Assembly: GCA_947373945.1 (NCBI GenBank)
Contig: CANBZV010000001.1
Location: forward strand, 1-46,421
Origin: Moraxellaceae bacterium
GTDB taxonomy: Bacteria; Pseudomonadota; Gammaproteobacteria; Pseudomonadales; Moraxellaceae
DNA length: 46,421 nt
Direction: 5' to 3'
Part shown: positions 42,408-46,421 of the stretch, in pieces
Position numbering within the stretch: the first letter of the stretch is position 1
Layout of the letters: every line of letters begins with the position of its first letter
Translations under genes and position numbers: made by a program
Notes under the pieces: model-generated
Seen by the model: only the letters and a program-made list of their open reading frames with translations
Database searches by the model: none
Told to the model about the DNA's origin: nothing

Positions 42408-43904
42408 TTAGTAGTGCGGTGGCGGTGTAAAACCACCCATGACCTCTGCCAGTAATGACGCAAATTTAATCGTCGTTTTATCGTGAAAAGGCGCACCCAT
42501 AATCTGGATGTTTACCGGTAAGCCTTGAGGGGTTATACCAATAGGCGCACTCGTGGCAGGCAAACCCATTAACGTCGCAGGCGCAATCCACATAAACATG
42601 TCGGTATAACTGCGTTGCTGGCCATTAATGGTAATCTTGCGTTGCACCATCTCAGGTCGATGTTGATGTTTTAGCGCGGTAGTCGCCGCTGGAGGCATCA
42701 AAATAACATCGTACTCGTCGAATACCGCCAAAAAACGCCGACGCAGACGTAAACTGTGCTCATGTGCTTTACGCCAATCAGTATAACTTTGGTCTATACC
42801 CGTCATGAAATGTTCGAACAGTGTTGGCGCGTTGATATATTTGCCTACTTTTGCCAATACGGGCGCTGCCAAACCAATCACCCGACGTTGTAATTTGCTT
42901 TGTGAGGCTCCCATTAGGCTGCCTAACTGCTTCAAATAAAGCGGATAAAAATCATTGAGTGTCATACCCAATGGTGAACCTACAGTAAGCTTGACATCAC
43001 TAGCTTGCAGCTTTTGCTGTAATTGTTGATACAGCGTTGCCATCTGCTGGTCAATTGGGCACAGTGGATCATCAGTCCAGAGCAATACCCGAAACTCTTT
43101 GAGTTTTTTGTGTTTGGCGGCAGGCAGTTTTAAATGCCAGCCCGCTTCCATCATCGGATTAGCGCCTGCAACCACATCCAATAGTAATTGCAAATCATCT
43201 GCTGACCGAGCCATTGGTCCAGCGACAACCAAATCCGGCTCGGCTAATGTTCCTTTCGGGCCTGGAATATGACCCCGCATAGAAATCAAACCATGAGTTA
43301 CTTTATGGCCATAAATGCCACAAAAATGTGCAGGAATACGAATCGAGCCACCAACATCACTGCCGAGCTCTAAAGCCGTGAAGCCTGCGGCCACTGCCGC
43401 CGCCGCACCACCTGATGAACCACCAGGCGTTAATGTCTTATTCCAAGGATTGTTTGATGTGCCATACACTTGGTTATAACTTTGCAAGTCCGACGCAAAT
43501 AACGGGACATTCGTTTTGGCGAAGACAATCGCCCCTGCATCCAGCATTCGTTGTACGGCAAAGGCGGCCTGTTTCGGCACATATTGGCGCAGTTCGGTTG
43601 CTCCAGCAGTACATGGCATACCTTCAACTTCGTACGTATCTTTAATAGTGACAGGCAAACCATGCAACACGCCCCAATTTTCACCCCGAGCAAACGCAGC
43701 ATCGGCGGCATCAGCGCGTTGTCTTGCTGCCTCCAAATTCATCGCGACCACCGCATTAAGCTCGGTATTTTTAGCGTCGATACGAGCAATATAAGCTTCT
43801 AATAAAGCACGACTGCTAATTTCACCGGCTTTTAGTTTAGCCACTAATTGCTTGGCATTAAGGTATAACCAATCACTACTCACAGACTGCCCCTTGCTAA
43901 CCAT
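42408..43904 (-). CDS. Amidase signature family protein
   Basis: GLPVTIKD (catalytic Lys), TPGGSSGG and GSDVGGSIRIPA. Confidence 0.95.
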   Translation of the reverse strand: MVSKGQSVSSDWLYLNAKQLVAKLKAGEISSRALLEAYIARIDAKNTELNAVVAMNLEAARQRADAADAAFARGENWGVLHGLPVTIKDTYEVEGMPCTAGATELRQYVPKQAAFAVQRMLDAGAIVFAKTNVPLFASDLQSYNQVYGTSNNPWNKTLTPGGSSGGAAAAVAAGFTALELGSDVGGSIRIPAHFCGIYGHKVTHGLISMRGHIPGPKGTLAEPDLVVAGPMARSADDLQLLLDVVAGANPMMEAGWHLKLPAAKHKKLKEFRVLLWTDDPLCPIDQQMATLYQQLQQKLQASDVKLTVGSPLGMTLNDFYPLYLKQLGSLMGASQSKLQRRVIGLAAPVLAKVGKYINAPTLFEHFMTGIDQSYTDWRKAHEHSLRLRRRFLAVFDEYDVILMPPAATTALKHQHRPEMVQRKITINGQQRSYTDMFMWIAPATLMGLPATSAPIGITPQGLPVNIQIMGAPFHDKTTIKFASLLAEVMGGFTPPPHY

Positions 43905-44122
43905 CAAAAATAATAGACTCGTATCTTACGGGTTTAGCGCAGATTATAAAGTACTATCGTGCCATCTTTGCTGAAAAATAAACGAACTATGCAAATCAAA
44001 AAACAACTGTTTTTATTCAAAATGAATTACTTTAGTTGATGTTTTTTAGTATTTTTCACCTTGTTACGCGATTAAATCAATTTGAGTGAGCAAAACACGT
44101 TTTTCACACCGAGGCTAATAAC

Positions 44123-44986
44123 ATGCGTCCCATGCCTTTGCTGCTATGTTGTTTAGCTTTATTGACCCTTGCGCCTAGCGCCGATGCTCGCCCTGCCAAA
44201 ATAACTCATTTCGCTAAGGCCAAACCGTTCAAAAAAGTATTTATCATCGTACTGGAAAACACGACAGCAGCAATGGCAATGCAGCAACCTTATCTAGCGA
44301 AACTTGGTCAGCGTGGTGCAAGCTTGAACCAGTTTTTTGCCGTAAGTCATCCATCGCAACCCAATTATATTGCCATGACTGCTGCCAGCGCACATGGCGT
44401 GAGCAGTAACCAGAATATTGATCTTGATGTCACTCATATCGGCGATTTGCTGGAAGCCAAACACAAAAGCTGGCGCCAATACGCGGAAGGTTATCCGGGC
44501 AATTGCTTCACTGGCGCCGTAAGTGGCAGATATGTACGCAAGCATGCCCCCTTTATCAGTTACCACAATGTCCAAAGCAACACTGTACGCTGTGCCAATT
44601 TAGTCAATGCAGAACAGCTAGATCAAGATATTGCTCAAGGCAAGTTGGCAGATTATTCGCTGTATATTCCCGATTTGTACAATGATGGTCACGACACGGG
44701 TGTTGCTTATGCCGACCATTGGTTACAAAAGACATTTGGGCCACGTTTTAACAATCAGCAGTTTATGCGCGACATGTTGGTGGTGATTACTTTTGATGAA
44801 GATGATTACAGTCGTGACAACCGTGTTTATACTGTTTTATTAGGTAATGGTGTCAAAGCGGGAGCAACCTCCGAGCGTCGCTACGACTTCTACAGTTTGT
44901 TGAAAACCGTCGAAGAGACACTGGAACTCGGGACATTGGGCAAAGAAGATGCCACAGCGACAGTAATAAATGATATTTGGCGATAG
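44123..44986 (+). CDS. Secreted phosphoesterase / acid phosphatase (alkaline phosphatase superfamily)
   Basis: Signal peptide, FIIVLEN, HPSQPNY, YVRKHAPF, NDGHD and ITFDE. Confidence 0.85.
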   Translation: MRPMPLLLCCLALLTLAPSADARPAKITHFAKAKPFKKVFIIVLENTTAAMAMQQPYLAKLGQRGASLNQFFAVSHPSQPNYIAMTAASAHGVSSNQNIDLDVTHIGDLLEAKHKSWRQYAEGYPGNCFTGAVSGRYVRKHAPFISYHNVQSNTVRCANLVNAEQLDQDIAQGKLADYSLYIPDLYNDGHDTGVAYADHWLQKTFGPRFNNQQFMRDMLVVITFDEDDYSRDNRVYTVLLGNGVKAGATSERRYDFYSLLKTVEETLELGTLGKEDATATVINDIWR

Positions 44987-45010
44987 ATGACAAAATAAGG
45001 AACAACAGAC

Positions 45011-46198
45011 GTGACAAGTTACAAACTAGCCGAAGGTCAATGGGACGATATCCTACAACTAGACCATCTACTCAGCGCCGAAGAACGGCAGGTGCGCGAT
45101 AGTGCTCGTGCATACTGTCAGGGCAAATTGTTGCCACGCGTGCGTGAAGCTTTCCGCCACGAGATCTTCCATCGTGACATCATGACGGAAATGGGCGCTT
45201 TGGGGTTATTGGGTTGTACGCTTGAAGGTTATGGCTGTGCTGGCCTTAACTACGTCAGCTACGGTTTGGTTGCCCGCGAAGTCGAACGGGTGGATTCAGG
45301 CTATCGCTCTGCCATGTCTGTACAGTCCAGTCTAGTTATGTACCCTATTTACACGTTTGGCTCAGACGCGCAAAAACAAAAATTCCTGCCCAAACTCGCT
45401 ACCGGCGAATGGGTCGGCTGCTTTGGCCTGACTGAGCCTGATCATGGCTCCGACCCCGCCGGCATGAAAACGCGAGCACGTAAAACCGACGGCGGCTGGA
45501 TTCTCAATGGCAGTAAGATCTGGATTACCAACTCACCCATCGCCGATGTTTTTGTCGTCTGGGCGCGTAACGAAGATGGCAAACTCTGTGGTTTTATACT
45601 AGAAAAAGGCATGGTTGGCTTAAGCGCACCAAAGATTGACGGCAAATTTAGCTTGCGTGCCTCGGTCACTGGCGAAATAGTCATGAATGAGGTCTTTGTG
45701 CCCGAGGACAACCGATTACCTAAAGCCAACAGCATCGCCGCGCCTTTTGCCTGCCTAAACCGTGCTCGTTACGGCATAGCTTGGGGTTCAATGGGTGCGG
45801 CTGAATTCTGCTTTCATACCACCCGTCAATACACGCTAGATCGCCTACAGTTTGGTCGACCACTCGCTGCTAACCAACTCATTCAGAAAAAGCTGGCCGA
45901 CATACAAACCGAAATCGCATTAGGACTTAATGCGGCTCTCACGGTTGGGCGCGCACTCGATGCCAATACGGCAAGTGCCGAGATGATTTCACTAGTCAAA
46001 CGCAACAATTGCGGCAAGGCGCTGGATATAGCTCGCCAAACTCGTGACATGCACGGCGGTAATGGCATTTCAGATGAATACGGCGTGATCCGCCACATGC
46101 TCAATCTTGAGGCGGTGAACACCTACGAAGGCACGCATGATATTCATGCCTTGATTCTGGGGCGACTGATTACAGGGATACCAGCTTTTGAGGGTTAA
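45011..46198 (+). CDS. gcdH: Glutaryl-CoA dehydrogenase
   Basis: [38 protein letters not shown] and [20 protein letters not shown]; GTG start with AAGGA RBS. Confidence 0.93.
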   Translation: MTSYKLAEGQWDDILQLDHLLSAEERQVRDSARAYCQGKLLPRVREAFRHEIFHRDIMTEMGALGLLGCTLEGYGCAGLNYVSYGLVAREVERVDSGYRSAMSVQSSLVMYPIYTFGSDAQKQKFLPKLATGEWVGCFGLTEPDHGSDPAGMKTRARKTDGGWILNGSKIWITNSPIADVFVVWARNEDGKLCGFILEKGMVGLSAPKIDGKFSLRASVTGEIVMNEVFVPEDNRLPKANSIAAPFACLNRARYGIAWGSMGAAEFCFHTTRQYTLDRLQFGRPLAANQLIQKKLADIQTEIALGLNAALTVGRALDANTASAEMISLVKRNNCGKALDIARQTRDMHGGNGISDEYGVIRHMLNLEAVNTYEGTHDIHALILGRLITGIPAFEG

Positions 46199-46290
46199 TC
46201 TTTTGTGATCAAAATCGTCCCATCACGAAACCACATGTGCTCTGATGCCTGTTTCCAAACAAGCAGCTTACAACAAACGTGCTTGGTGGC

Positions 46291-46421
46291 TTATTCCTTA
46301 AATACAACAGTCGAACAAACTTCTAGCACAATACCGCGCAGCCACCGATGCACTGGATCGGCATCCATTCGAGGATGCCATAGCAAGGAAACTGTGATTA
46401 CTGGCGTGATAAAGGGAAGTT
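46291..46421 (-). CDS. C-terminal end of a LysR-family regulator (truncated by the window edge)
   Basis: Minus-strand frame LPFITPVITVSLLWHPRMDADPVHRWLRGIVLEVCSTVVFKE*; WHxRxxxDPxHRWLR is typical of LysR C-termini. Confidence 0.8.
   Translation of the reverse strand, partial: LPFITPVITVSLLWHPRMDADPVHRWLRGIVLEVCSTVVFKE

Overview
A ~46 kb chromosomal window from a moderately AT-rich gammaproteobacterium. The gene content and protein sequences look Moraxellaceae-like; this is an inference, not a database result. The window appears to span the replication terminus. A canonical XerCD dif site lies at 13157-13184, three KOPS-like octamers found by eye all point toward it, and ftsK lies 9 kb to the right. 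Left of dif is a 12.6 kb minus-strand operon. It encodes an Hpt-REC-REC protein with degenerate GGDEF/EAL domains, two paralogous multi-PAS hybrid histidine kinases, a single-domain response regulator and an Hpt-REC-REC-GGEEF diguanylate cyclase. Its last gene, translationally coupled, is a divergent homolog of the replication terminator Tus. That Tus/c-di-GMP phosphorelay/dif arrangement is the best candidate for an undescribed system. Right of dif the genes are mostly housekeeping: acnB, cysG, serS, lolA, ftsK, ald, trxB, sodB, a peroxiredoxin, grxD, argD, argF, galE, glpK, tusDCBE and gcdH. There is also a Fur-box locus with an FMN-binding/PepSY pair, divergent from an apparent FecR::FilA-like fusion protein, and several REP-like palindromes. 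I saw no rRNA, tRNA, CRISPR array, transposase or integrase.
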